From: Felis catus
Lineage: Eukaryota
Length of the DNA stretch: 64,000 nucleotides
Direction of reading: 5' to 3'
Assembly (NCBI RefSeq): GCF_018350175.1
Contig: NC_058376.1
Coordinates: 115,258,001 to 115,322,000, forward strand
The notes under the pieces were generated by a model. The model ran no database searches. It worked only from the letters and a program-made list of their open reading frames with translations, and had not been told where the DNA came from. Both the position numbers and the translations under genes were made by a program. Positions within the stretch are counted from its first letter, which is position 1. Every line of letters starts with the position of its first letter. Of this stretch, positions 51,461-64,000 are shown in pieces.

Positions 51461-54400
51461 CCTAGCATTACATTCCACCTATAAAATGAGAATCTTCTGC
51501 AGACTCAACTCCTCTGACAAAATGTAAATTATTTTCTCCTTCAATTTAGAAAGCTTTATTTAGAAAAGCCACATATAATCACTTGCTAGGAATGGAATAA
51601 ATTCAAATGCACATAATTCCTGAAATTGAGTGGATTAAAAATGAGGAAATAAGAAATGAACCTCTTCTTTTAACAAGTAAATATTATACTGTCAGCACAG
51701 AAAACCCCAAGGAACGACAAACTACGTTTTCTTTGTAGTAGGGGTATGCTTCCCCAATATTAGTCATATCTCTTTTGGTTCCCAGGAGATGCTATTTCCA
51801 GGNNNNNNNNNNNNNNNNNNNNNNNNNNNNNNNNNNNNNNNNNNNNNNNNNNNNNNNNNNNNNNNNNNNNNNNNNNNNNNNNNNNNNNNNNNNNNNNNNN
51901 NNNNNNNNNNNNNNNNNNNNNNNNNNNNNNNNNNNNNNNNNNTCTTTTAAATAAAGATTCTTCACTCACCCCAAGTTCTCCCTTAATTGTAAAAAGCCAT
52001 GTAAAATGCCTCTAAGTAAAAAAGTTTTCTTAGTTTTGATGATCACTTTTTAAAAAAGGAAACCTTAGTTTTTTCAATGTGTTCCTTTTTCTTTCCAAGG
52101 CTTTCACAATTGATCAGATGCCTCAGAGTCTCGTATATACATGTAGTAAATACAAATATAACAAGCGGTAGATTCCCTTGTGTAACAAGGGACATTAGAG
52201 CTTTCCATGTTTCCATCTTCAACATTATGTATACTTAAAAACACGGTTTAACCACATGAACATCCAGCTAAAGAACTAGGAGTGGAAAAGATGTAATTCC
52301 TAGAAACAATGCCCTTAAATGCCATCAAGAAAAGGAAGTTAAGACATGTTCTAGCAATATAGAAATAGTTGTAATCTCTCTTGCACACGTTGCTGTGTCA
52401 CACCTGGCAAACTTGGTTTGTATTTTTCTCTCTGACAGAATTCCTTTTCTCTACTTCCCTTTTTGCCAGCTGCTTCCTTTGTATCCTCACATTCTTTAAA
52501 ACCATTTCCATTGCCATATAATCCAAGAAAGGCCCCCTGAAACCCACCCTGGGCTGATTTCCCTCTCTTTGTATCACTGGCACATTCGTGTGGCCTTTTC
52601 CATTGGACCACGATCTCTGGACCCTCGGGGACTGTATGTCTAGTGAGGTGCCCTTCACAGAGTTCTGCCAACAAAAGAGGAATTTTTCAATTTGTTGCCT
52701 ATTGTCTAAGGAAATTTATTGTTTTAAGTAGTTCCTAAGGATTTTCTGAAAGTTAAGCAAATATTGCTAATCATATGGTAGAAGTCATTTGGAATATAAA
52801 TATGATTTTAAAATATAGTAGGTGCTAACTATAAAGGATGTAGAAGCTAAAGAAAATGCCATTAGCTCCCCCATGATTTGTTTTTCTCTTTGAGAGTTAT
52901 TCTCTGTGAAATAAGCAAGCCAGGAAAACTGTTTGTTTTTCCCTAAGCTGTGTTTATGAAATACTGTGTTTAACACAGATATTTTTCTGAGTTAGATAAA
53001 TTCCATACAAGTTCATCCATTGAAGCACAAAACACTTGACCCTCATTTCATTTCAGTCTCCTAATCAATTTAAATGTACCACTGGCCTCACTCTCACATA
53101 TTTCAAAATTCATTCCACTCTTTCAGCCACCCTTCCCCTCAAATAACCCTCAGAGGAAGAACAATTATTTGAGAAAATGAAATCAAGTAAATACACGCTA
53201 TTAAAAGAGAAACCAACTAGCCAGCCATATTAAAGATATGCCGGGTTTGTGTGTCTGGGTGAAACAACAATAAATATTTATTGTGATGCTTTTTTTTTTA
53301 TGAGCATTTCAGGGCCCATCTGTGGTATTAATGGCTTCTCCAGCAAACCTATGCATTAAGGGAAACTGTTTTCATTTAGATAAATGAAAGCAGAGGCAAA
53401 GGAAAATGATGCAAGGTTCACCTTGTAAAAGTCACAAATTAGATACCAAGCACTGCCACAGGCAAATTTGAATTCAATAGAATAAAGCTGGCAGCCATGA
53501 ACATAAGGTAATAGGCTTATCAAATGAGGTTTTTTATTTTTTTATAATGTACATTTTATTGGGACCAGTGTAAAACTAGTGACTAGAATAAAATATAATT
53601 TAAAAAGAAAAATTCAGCGAGAAGTTCTCCTTCTGAATTGAAAAAACAACCTGTCTCATACTTGCACCAAATGAAGGGCACAGAAAAGTTTTTAAACATG
53701 TCCTCTCACCTCCCAGTGCCTTATGACTATCCACAGTGTCTCATTCTCCTCCCATGTATCATTTTCTAACCCTGTGTCAAGAAAGGATTAAGAGGATGAA
53801 AAACCTAGGTCAACACTTAGGATGTAAAACCAGATGGATTTGGCTTAAAAAATAGTTATTGTTTTGGTCCTTGACATAATTCTGTAAGTACATCGGTCCA
53901 ACATTTATTGAATACTCACTATGTTCTAGGCCCTGTTCTAGGTGCTTTCACGTGTATTATCTCATTTGGTCCTCACAAAAATGCCAGAAAAAAATTGGAG
54001 TATGTCTTTTAAAATAAAATCCATTTATATGAAAACACAAACAAATGCCTTCTATTGAACCACTTGGCTTTAACCTAAAAAATCAGGCCTTGCCCCATAT
54101 CAGGATCTGTGTTTCCCTTGAACTTCTGCCAGATTTAGAAATCTGTAGAAGTGCATGTGTTCTCTTGTTGTTGTTGTTTTTTTTATTTGCAAGCTTGCAT
54201 TGCTGTTACTTATTCTGTAATTAGCAACATACAACAGGATTCCTTTCCTTCATTGCTGGCCTCATCTTCCAGTGGTCAATAGATTCTGTTTCTGATCCTC
54301 CATGGATCAGATTAATTTAATATAAACAAAGTCCTAATTAGACAGGAAGCTAGCATACTATTACCACTGTAGTAGGAACCTGAGAATATGGAAACATGAC

Positions 54401-54594
54401 AAATGTGTATGCTGTAAGGTTGACATATTTATAGACAGAGTATCCTAAAATATTGTGACATGTGCAAAAGTGGAATCATATACAAACTAGGGAAGTACAT
54501 GGCAGGAATGGATCCCACTGACAGAGTAATTCTTCACAGAAGCTTAGGAGCTGCATTTTTAAGGATTAATACAAGTATATCAAAGACAAAGTCG

Positions 54595-54813
54595 GGGGGT
54601 ACCTGGGTGGCTCAGTCGGTTAAGCGTCCGACTTCAGCTCAGGTCATGATCTCATGGCTTGTGAATTCAGGTCCTGCGTCGGGCTCTGTGCTGACAGCTC
54701 AGAGCCTGGAGCCTGCTTCAGATTCGGTGTCTCCCTCTCTCTCTGCCCCTCCCCCGCTCGTGCTCACTCTCTCTCTCTCTCTCTCTCAAAAATAAATAAA
54801 CATTAAAAAAAAA
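54595..54813 (+). mobile_element. Can-SINE (SINEC_Fc)
   Basis: cctgggtggctcagtcggttaagcgtccgact...poly-A; TSD aaagacaaa. Confidence 0.93.
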
Positions 54814-54964
54814 AAGACAAAGAGTCAGACAGGTAGAGAAAATTAGGGATTATAAGCAGAAGCACCAGCATGTATAAACATATGGGGGCATGTGGGGCAT
54901 GTTCAACCTAGGACTTTGTACATAGAGCGTTATTGCTGAAGCATAAAGTGCAAAAGGTAGGGGA

Positions 54965-55430
54965 ATGTATTTATTATTATAATTCCTGCTGTTCTAATAA
55001 ATGAGTCTTCAAATTTCTGTGGCTTAACATAACACAGATTATTTCTTATTCATTAAGGGGGCAGCGAGGGCATTCTTGATGGGAAGTGCCTTTCTTTTAT
55101 CCCCATATAGTGATTCAAGGGTCCATTCTCCTTCCATCTTGTGGTTTTACAAACATCCCTCGAGACTTAGTTTTTGTGTCCAGCTGGCCAAAGTGGAAAG
55201 AGGCAGTGAGGAGAAGGTACACCTACTTCTTCACATGCCTTAGCCCAGAAGTGACACATCTCACTTCTGCAGAGATCCCATTGGCAAGGACTAGTCACGC
55301 TGGTCCCACTTCAATGCAAGGAGAGCTGGGAAATACAATCCCCGACTGGGCAGCCACTTCTCAACAGGAGCTTATATTCTGAAAGGGAGAACTACCACGT
55401 GTGTTGGAGAGCTAGCCGTCTCAGCCACGA
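54965..55430 (-). mobile_element. Old MLT1 (J/K-like) LTR
   Basis: tggcttaac...ccagaagtgacacatctcacttctgc...ccattggc...ctagtcac. Confidence 0.7.
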
Positions 55431-55612
55431 GGAACAACTTATCCCTTTAGCCACATTGACTTCTCACTGATCAGTTTGATTAAGGCTGTAATTAGAACTG
55501 AAGAGATGTGGTAGATAGCTCGTAGAGGGAGCATAGATGGTAGAAACCCCTTGTTTTTTTTCAGAGCAAGTGTGGATCCACTGAAGGGAAGATTGATTCA
55601 GAGGGTGCACAG

Positions 55613-55810
55613 ATGTGGCCCTAGGAGACAAGGAGATTTAGTTATCGAGAGAGCAAAATTATAACCTTTGATTGCATCAAATCCTCATTGGAGATGTCAA
55701 AGAATTAGTACTCACTTTACTAATTCACTGATGGAGATCTCGGATTGTTTTGTTGAGAAGCAGTATGAAATCACCTGTCCCACAATGATTTCAAGAATTT
55801 AGACTTTAAA
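55613..55810 (+). pseudogene. SLC9C relic: C-terminal (beta-roll) exon
   Basis: cacag|MWP*ETRRF (vs GWTQEKVKL); LLIH[fs]ISDCFVEKQYEITCPTMISRI versus human LIHGAVEDCLLRKTYRAPFLIPIT and urchin SPCLISRT. Confidence 0.7.
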
Positions 55811-57699
55811 TCAAATGTTAAAATTATCAGTTTATGTGAAAAGCTTACAATTGATCCATAAATTGATTCACTCATTTATTTAACATCATCTATGCACTTG
55901 TTATATACTAGGCATGGTGCTTGAAGAGGAAAAGAACTGTGAGTATATTTCTGAGTGGGTGGTATTTAGAAGAGGAGTCCTCAACTTTTTCTATACCAGC
56001 AATCTAAGGGATACCACGTATTCACAGGCAACAACAGTAGCTCATGGTGGCACTGATTTCTAACTGTAGAATGTACTGTTTTCTCCCATTCCTACCTGCC
56101 AGGGAAGCAATGTCAGATCTCCCATGATGGATGTCTATATGTGCAGCGTGACAAAGTTCTATAGATGATTCTGATATGACACTCCTTGTCAGGTCATGTC
56201 TCTTTCCTGTGTTCCACCAATAATTACTGGTTCTGAGATTAAGTTACCATCTCAATAAGAATAAATGGATTCCACATGAGTAAGCCAGAGATCTCCTTAG
56301 TTAGAATCCAGGGTCTCTAGAGAGGAGAAAAGGCAGTAGGAAACACAGTGTTGTAACAGAGACAGGTACATCCCAATAAAGAATTGTTTTAAAAATATTA
56401 TGTGCCAACTCTAGCTAAACCATCTGACTGTGCAATAGCTACCTGATTACTAAAGACAGCTTTTTGACAGATATAATCTGTGTGGGTATTTTTTGCACCT
56501 GAAATCAAAAGAAAAAAAGTCCTAATATGCAAATTTAAAATAAAAAAAATACAAGGAGAACGTTTCAGAACCTGATGTTCTTATCCAGCTTGACAATGCT
56601 AATGCGCTTGAACACTGTTGAATAAAATGGCCCAATTACAATGGATGTTGAAAAGAAATAGGTTCCTGGTGAGTCTTAGGTCCTTTGAAAAGTGTACATC
56701 ACACAATCACTGAGAACTGTTTGCACAAAACCAAGTACCTGGTCTACTTATACTTTGGTATATAAAACTTCCTCACATCATTTAGATTAATTAATAACTA
56801 GTATAGCATGTAGCTTCATAAGAGGCAGAGACTCTATCTTGAATTTTTATAGAAGGAAACAATTTGCTACTATTGTGGATAGATATCAACTGTCAACTCA
56901 GGTTCTACAGGCCTGAAATAGTTTTTTACCTTCTGTCACTTTGGGGTCAGTTTCTTATTATGAATGAGAAGCTGCCTTTGCCCTTCAAGAAAATGAAATA
57001 AAACTAGAATAACCTTCCTGCTTCTACTGCCTGTCTCCCAGACTAGTATTTCAGCATCTGAAGAGTTTATTTTTGGATGTCATTAAATATAGCTAGTGAT
57101 CCTTTAAATGAAATGGATTAAATGGCAAATGGCTTACTATCTTCTACCCTTCAGTTTAGTCACCGGAAAAAATTCACAATTCAAAATATGATTTATAAAA
57201 TAACACTAGCTCATTTCTATTTCTATTATTTCTTGGGAAAAAAGTTTCATTGGTGATAATGCTGCATTGTATGCTGATGTGAGTATCTCTCATCAGTATC
57301 TTTTGGTGGAAAAGAGACTACCCTCGGTTGTCTCACTTGAGGTTTGGAAATTGCCATGGTTTCCAAGACTTTATTGGAGAAGGAGACATGTAATTTCTCC
57401 CAGGATATATTTTGCCAATGGAAAGTTTCTTGCCTTTAGGAATTTTCATAAATGTGTGATATTTGGAGATATTTTTGTTAATTCTGACAATTCCTTGCAA
57501 ATAGCCCTGTTTGTAAAACCTAAGGATGTACTGTAGCTGTGACTACGATTTAAGTAATAGTACATATGTGTATGTATCTATATCTATACACACACATATA
57601 TAGTTGTGTATTTGTGTAAGTGTATGTAAACATATGTGTGTATATAAACATCTGATGAAATTATGTGAACGTACTATGAATTGTAAAGTGTTTTTATTT

Positions 57700-58610
57700 A
57701 TTTATAAATTTTTATTGAATACATTTGACATACAACATTACATAAATCTAAGGCGTACCACACGTGACTTTGATACATTTATATATTGTAATATGATTGC
57801 TATTGTAACAATATTTTTCATATGACATATAGTATAACATTTCTGTCTATGTTTATTCGACTGTGCATTAGACATATCTGGTAAGAAGTTGCTATGGCTG
57901 ATGTCAAAGAGGCTGCTGCCTGTGTTCTCCTCTAGGATTTTAATTGTTTCCTGTCTTACATTTTTAAGTCTTTCATTCATCCATTTTGAGTTTATTTTTG
58001 TGTATGGTGTAACAAAGTTGTACAGTTTAATTCTTTTGCTTGTTGCTGTCCAATTTCCCCAAAACCATTTGTTGAAGGGATGGTCTTGTTTACAATGAAT
58101 ATTCTTTCCTTATTTGCCAGAGATTAGTTCACTACATAATTGCGGGTCTATTTCGTTGTTTTTTTTTTTTTTTTTTTATTCTGGTACATTAATATATATG
58201 TCTTTTTTCTTAAACATTTATTTATTTTTGAGACAGAGAGACAGAGCATGAGCAGGGGAGGGTCAGAGAGAGAGGGAGACACAGAATCCGAAACAGGCTG
58301 CAGGCTCTGAGCTGTCAGCACAAAGCCCAACGCGGGGCTCGAACTCACAGACCGCGAGATCATGACCTGAGCCGAAGTCGGACACCCAACCGACTGAGCC
58401 ACCCAGGCGCCCCTATATGTCTGTTTTTGTGCCAGTACCGTATTGTCTTGATCACTATGGTTTTGTAATATAACTTGAAGTCCAGAATTGATGCCTCCAG
58501 CTTTGCTTTGCTTTTTTAAAATTTCTCTGGCTATTTGGCGTCTTTTGTGTTTCCATACAAATTTTAGGATTGTTTGTTCTAGCTCTGTGAAAAATGCTGG
58601 AAGTATTAGA
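57700..58610 (-). mobile_element. Carnivore L1 fragments with nested young Can-SINE (58205-58413)
   Basis: ORF 57738..57980 NVRQETIKILEENTGSSLFDI is L1 ORF2; SINE TSD tatatgtct. Confidence 0.9.
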
Positions 58611-61600
58611 AACTGTCATCTAATAGAGTTAAATGAATACTTATAATGTAGGCAAACTGCAAGAGAAATACTGATTTATGCAAGAATGGGATATCCCACT
58701 TCTGTCTCACCCTTGCTGTAATAATTACTTTGCTTATCCTTTCCAGATCAATAAAACATAAGTAGACTATCATGGGCTGCTTGGATAGGAGAGAGGAGGA
58801 CTAGTGGGTAGAAACATTCACAGGATCTGATGGTAGGCATGTTCAACTCTAAAATTTTCTGAAGAGTAATTTGGTGATAGGAATCAAGTCTTAAAAATAT
58901 GCTTTTGCCCAGCAATTCCACTATGAGGAACTTATCTTCGTTAAAAAAAAATCAGAAGACTGTACAAAGATAAATGTATAAAAATGATTATTTATCACAA
59001 GGCAACGGGATAATGAAAAGTCCTTTCAAACAGAGAATTATTAAATCAGAGGAACTAACCCAAACGAAAGGTGACTGAAATTAGAGAAGTAGGCAGGGTA
59101 TGGGATGAGAGGGAGTGGTGGCAAATCATACACGTAGCTTTAGTGGACGGTTGCCATGTGTGGGTATTGCGTCAGGCTTGCCAGAGTTTTTGATTTGTCA
59201 AAATAGACTGGAAATCTACATTTCTTTTAAGACATTTCTAAATTTTAAAATTATATGCAGGAAAAAAAACGAGTCTAGTTGTGGGCCCTATGTCATGGGG
59301 TGCTACTATACAACATTTTAATGAATATGTTGATTGAAAACAAAGCAAACCGCCCCCCCCAATAAATGATATGAAAATCTGTAGTAGAACAAAATGCCAT
59401 TACTAAAAACATTGCTATATTTGCGTCTTTACTGACATACAAAGATGCTCCCGATATTGCAAATAAGCATATGTAGTTTAATCCCAAGTTTTACAAATAT
59501 ATATAGCACGTATTTGTTGCATTTGTAGGTAGAGAGAAAAAGATTTGCAATATGTTCACTAAAATCATCATGGCTATCTCTGGGTGAGGAATTCAGGGAG
59601 AATCTGATTTTATATTTTTTATTTTTCTCCTTTGATTACATATTGTATAATGAAATTTAATTAAAAACAGCAAAATGTGTTTTATTCTACAATGGCGAAT
59701 GCAAAAGAAAATGTACCAGGAGAACAGAATGAGAAGAACCTGAAGATGGCAGAGAATTTAGTAGGAAATTAAGAAGGCAGTAAAACTGTTGGAGAAAATA
59801 ATTAACGCGTTCAAAAGTCAATTTGACAAATATGTTTTCTATTACTAGCAGGGCTATTTTCCAAAAGGGTACAAGATAAATAAGACAGAGTCTCTTCCCG
59901 CTAGGAGCCCACAGTCTAATGAGGATCTCCCAGTGTTACCTTTTAATTGTGTAACTTAGAAATGTAATCACAGAGTAAACTGAGGACAGAAGAACAAAGG
60001 GATTTAGAAATTGAGAAAACTATAATTTTATTTTTGTTCCCTGATTTAGAATAAGAGGATAATAGTAGTCACAGAAATCAATATCATTATGGAATTATAC
60101 TTGATTTTAACTGGGAAAATGTCATGACATAATTTAGAGGTATTTCAAAATACAGAGGAAAAATTGAATACTAATAATTTTATAAGAAAATCCTACACAG
60201 AAAAGTTACAAGTGATTTATGTAATTGGTTTTCCTGGGATTCCACACATTATTAGATAAGATTCCATGTTCCAGATATAATGGTTGCTCCCTTTTTGCTA
60301 GTGTCAAAATCTATATAAGGCAGGTGTATCTTGGACAAAAATATAAAGACGTTTAGTTGCTATAAAAGCTCCCAGTCATGAAAAGATGTTACAAAAGTCA
60401 CATACCCCAAACATGATTCTTTTAGGAGACCGATATATTTTTTATTGCAATGAAAAACATGGGAGAATTAAAAAATGAAGATTTCAGCAAGTTAAAATTT
60501 TAATTTGTGCTTTGTAAAAGCATCTTGTAGAAACTTCACCAGACGCATTAGAGACAATTAAAATAGACACCTAGAGCAATCACTTGCAAAATGAAATGTG
60601 ATGGGATGAAATGTGCAGATGACATAACATGGTGGTGGGGGATGCTAAACATAAAGGACACAATGAAACTGAGGGAATTGACACTAGAAAGAGCACATGT
60701 GAATAAATGGTATCTGTTGTTCAATATATAAGGATATAAGGTAAGGATCCTAGACACTGAATTCAAAAGGAATGCGCTGTCAGTAGCCATATGCTGCAAA
60801 ACATTTAAGAGGGAAAGAATCTCTGGGTCCTGGTAGAAAAGCACAATAAAAGTTCCTCCATAGGTTTGCGTAAACAAACAATAACCCCCTGCATGGTTCC
60901 CAGAGGCACTAATAAAAACATCAGGTGTAAGTAGAGGGAATTATGAAAGGAGTTTTTTAAATGTTGGTGGGATCGTGTATAGAAAGCCACATGCACTTTC
61001 TTTTACTTAAAGTAGAGAGATGATAAAGCTTAGAAAAACAACAGCATAATACCCAAATGATAAAATCTAAGATTTACTGAAGATTGAAAAAGAGATACAT
61101 GAAAGAGTACCAGTCACAATCAAGGCTCAAAGAAAAAGTTTAGGTCACAATTCTGTGCTTTTCTAGTGATATCTCTTTTTACAAATCACATTTTCAAACT
61201 TGTGTTATTTTTATAAATACCCTTTCTGCAGTGTTTTTATTATACTGATGTGGACATTGCACTCCTTTCAAACAAAACTAGATTGGTCCTGAATAAAAAA
61301 GCTCTTAAACCCTTTTCCTTAAAGACTATACCTGGTGGCCCGGAGCTGAATGTTTATCATTCTTGTGCACATTTTTTCCATTAACTTCCTCATCAGACCC
61401 AGGTTTCCAGGCACACTGGGCTTGCAGGAAGGGAACACTGGCCTCAGTTCCAGCTCACTTTGGACAGAGGCCAGGATGACAATACTTGCTGAAACACGTC
61501 AGGTTTCAGGGCCCAAACCTTTTTCTTCTCTTTGACCTTTGCTATCACTTCCTCTTCCTCCTCTTTCAGAACGAACTCTTTCCCCAATGTGATGTTGGAC

Positions 61601-64000
61601 CTATAACCCCCATTTCACAGGCCGTACTGTGGGGAAGAAAATCAGGGTGCTTGCTCTGTAAGGGGTCCGGGGATTGATCACATTTTATACAAACTTGAGT
61701 TATGATCATTTGAAATATTATGACTTAAAATATTAATGAAATTTCACTGCCACGTCAAATTGGAAATCAAGTGACATTGCTACAGTAACTTTTCTTGTAT
61801 CTATTTTAAAACCCAGAAGTTCAGGGTGATCTCAGGCTCTGCTTGCCTGTTTTGCATTTATGCTAAAAATCAAGATCAAGAGTTTGTCCCATGCTCCAAG
61901 TTAAAAGTAAAAACAAAAGCAATGAAATCAATACTTTTGTAATTTCAATGACTGACAGGTCCAGTAATTTGCAAACTAGTCTATTTCTATAGCTGGTAAA
62001 CAGAAATGGCAGCTAACTGTGTCACAGTCTTACAGAACCTGGTACTTCTTAGGGAGTGGGGTTTGGTCACTATACAACTCCTAATTTTCATGGTTATTAT
62101 CCTTTGAAATCTTAAAAATTATCCTCTGAAAATACCATGAATATTCACTAAGTGGTGGAGATAGAGCAATTTTGGAACCAAAGCTAGATGTCTAAAAACA
62201 CTACGAAGAAAGCCAAATATTGCCATGGTAATTTAGGAGAGATCTCTTTGCAAAATATCAGGGATAATATTGAGACAATAAAAAAAAAGCAGCATTAAGC
62301 AAAACTACATTCTAAAGATTGTAGATATATGCAGGCTGGATGTATCCCCAACACTTTCCATTCATTCCATTGGGAGAAATAATCTTGAATAATGCCAGTT
62401 TTGAATCATGGGGGGGGACCTTCAAGAATGCATGCCTCCATTTCATAGAACTCAACTACCCTGTAACCCTGAGGTTGCCATGAGAGGTAACCTTAACCAC
62501 AGCCCTGCCTCTCCCACTGTACTCTGACTCCTCTGAAGCCTTCAGCTTACTTGAAATTTCTGAGCTCTAATAACCCAGACAACACAAACTCCAGGAGGCC
62601 AGCAGTACTTGAAAGTCTGCCCGCAGCGTCACTTGTCTCGCTGCTGCATGCTGTCATGCAAGCAAACTTGGTTCCATTTCTCTAGTAATAGAAGATAAAC
62701 CCAGATACTTGATTGTGTACTGTTCAAAACTTACCTTGTTTTAGGTTGAATTATCTATGCAGATTTTTGGGAGGGTGGTATGTTCGTATAGAACACTGCT
62801 GAAAAGCCTGGATATATGTCCCTGGTACAAATTCTGAGTTTCTTTTCTGTTATACTAGAATCCACAGTTTCTTAGATTGTGCCTGATTGGTACTTGATAA
62901 ACACATAACGGAAGGATGGGAAGTATGAAATAAGTTTTGTGATCTTGCCTAGCTGGCTAAAGAATATTCGTAATATTTCATCCACAGTAAAATACACTCT
63001 GAGCTCCCAATAACTGAGTTACAAGGGCGCTGTTGGAACTTATTCTGATGGTTTAAATTAAAGCTGGTTTATAAACAATAAGTTGAGAACCATTGCTGCA
63101 AATGGATTATTTGTGTCCACAATTACACTGCAGAAAGCAAATTATGCCATACCTCTTAGGCAGCAAAAATCCTTTTCTAGTCAACATATGACGACTGTGT
63201 TTTAACTTCCCCATCTTCAAGAAATGAATCCATTCTTTTTAGCTGTAATTATCTTGGCTCAAAAGACCTAGGCATTTTTTTTTTTTTTTGCAGAGGCTCT
63301 ATGATTCATCATAAGGAACAGAAACTGGCCAAAATAAATTGTGCAAAGATTCCTCAGGGGAAAGAGCTACATAACTGATTGTGGATTCAATTTTGCAGCC
63401 AGTATTCTTTCAGTAAGTTAGTTGTGTCCATTTAAGGTCATCAAAACAAAAAGAGCACAACAAATAAACAAAATACATTTCACTTAGGACATTTTGTTCA
63501 TGATAGTTTTGTATCTTTAATAAAGATGCACATGTATCCCCTTCAATCTTGGGCTAATAATGCCGCATCTATGAAATTGCAGCCTCTGAAAAGACATATG
63601 CATCACTGTCATGCTGTTTCTTGACCTCACATTGGTTCAGAAAGGTAAATACATCTAATGATTATTGTACCACTTAATGGCCTACTACATCCATAAGAGA
63701 TTGCATAGATCAGTTTCAAAGGATTGTTAAAAGCAAAATTATTATTCGAATATGAAATCAAAATCTTCTGGTTTTAGCAAAAGAAGCCTAAAGATGGAGG
63801 GCAGCTTGCAGACTGGTGAATGTCTGTGGTTTATGGCATGTTTCCTTTTTTTTTTTTTCCTGCTTAGAAAATCTAGCTAGAACTTAAAAAATTTACAAAA
63901 GGAGCTCCTATATAGCAAGAATATACGCTAACATGGAGGATGTTAATAGTGCTATTAGCCAGTGTGATTTCTATCATTATCAGCCATTATTCTAAGAATG

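Larger units (their letters stand above)
28330..51942. other. Five assembly gaps: 28330-28467, 28676-28838, 30287-30451, 50817-50968, 51803-51942
   Basis: N runs, mostly within or beside repeats. Confidence 0.99.
24698..55810 (+). pseudogene. Ancient, highly decayed SLC9C-family (sperm voltage-gated, cAMP-regulated Na+/H+ exchanger) pseudogene
   Basis: More than 15 manually translated fragments in non-repeat DNA match SLC9C segments in N-to-C order (TM2 to TM13, cytosolic helices, VSD S2-S4, CNBD, C-terminal region). Many have ag/gt boundaries; nearly all carry stops or frameshifts. Reference sequences recalled from memory. Confidence 0.78.

Noticed and set aside
28210-51969. ORFs containing long X runs
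   Set aside because: Artefacts of N gaps.
55652-55678. SKIITFDC resembles SLC9C1 AKVVTFDC at the start of the CNBD
   Set aside because: Out of order; the surrounding sequence fits the later C-terminal exon much better, so treated as coincidence.
2856-58402. Recurrent ORFs such as [15 protein letters not shown]...LTAQSLEPASDSVSPSL
   Set aside because: Translations of dispersed Can-SINE copies, not a gene family or CRISPR-like array.

Overview
AT-rich mammalian DNA from a carnivore, most likely a felid (many SINEC_Fc-type Can-SINEs and L1_Fc-type 3' ends), with five short assembly gaps. I found no intact protein-coding exon that I can name; most ORF-track entries derive from SINE, L1 or microsatellite sequence, or are chance. 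A CpG-island/TATA promoter at about 18.7-19.5 kb drives an unidentified minus-strand gene with a non-coding first exon, and bases 1-19070 look like its intronic region. The main result lies in the unique DNA between transposons from about 24.7 to 55.8 kb on the + strand: a collinear series of heavily decayed fragments (stops, frameshifts) that track nearly the whole length of an SLC9C-family sperm Na+/H+ exchanger (transporter helices, voltage sensor with CpG-decayed S4, cyclic-nucleotide-binding domain, C-terminal region). I interpret it as an ancient pseudogene, possibly a lost third SLC9C paralogue. Protein comparisons are manual, against human SLC9C1 and sea-urchin SLC9C sequences recalled from memory, and need database confirmation. 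Repeat family names and boundaries are approximate.
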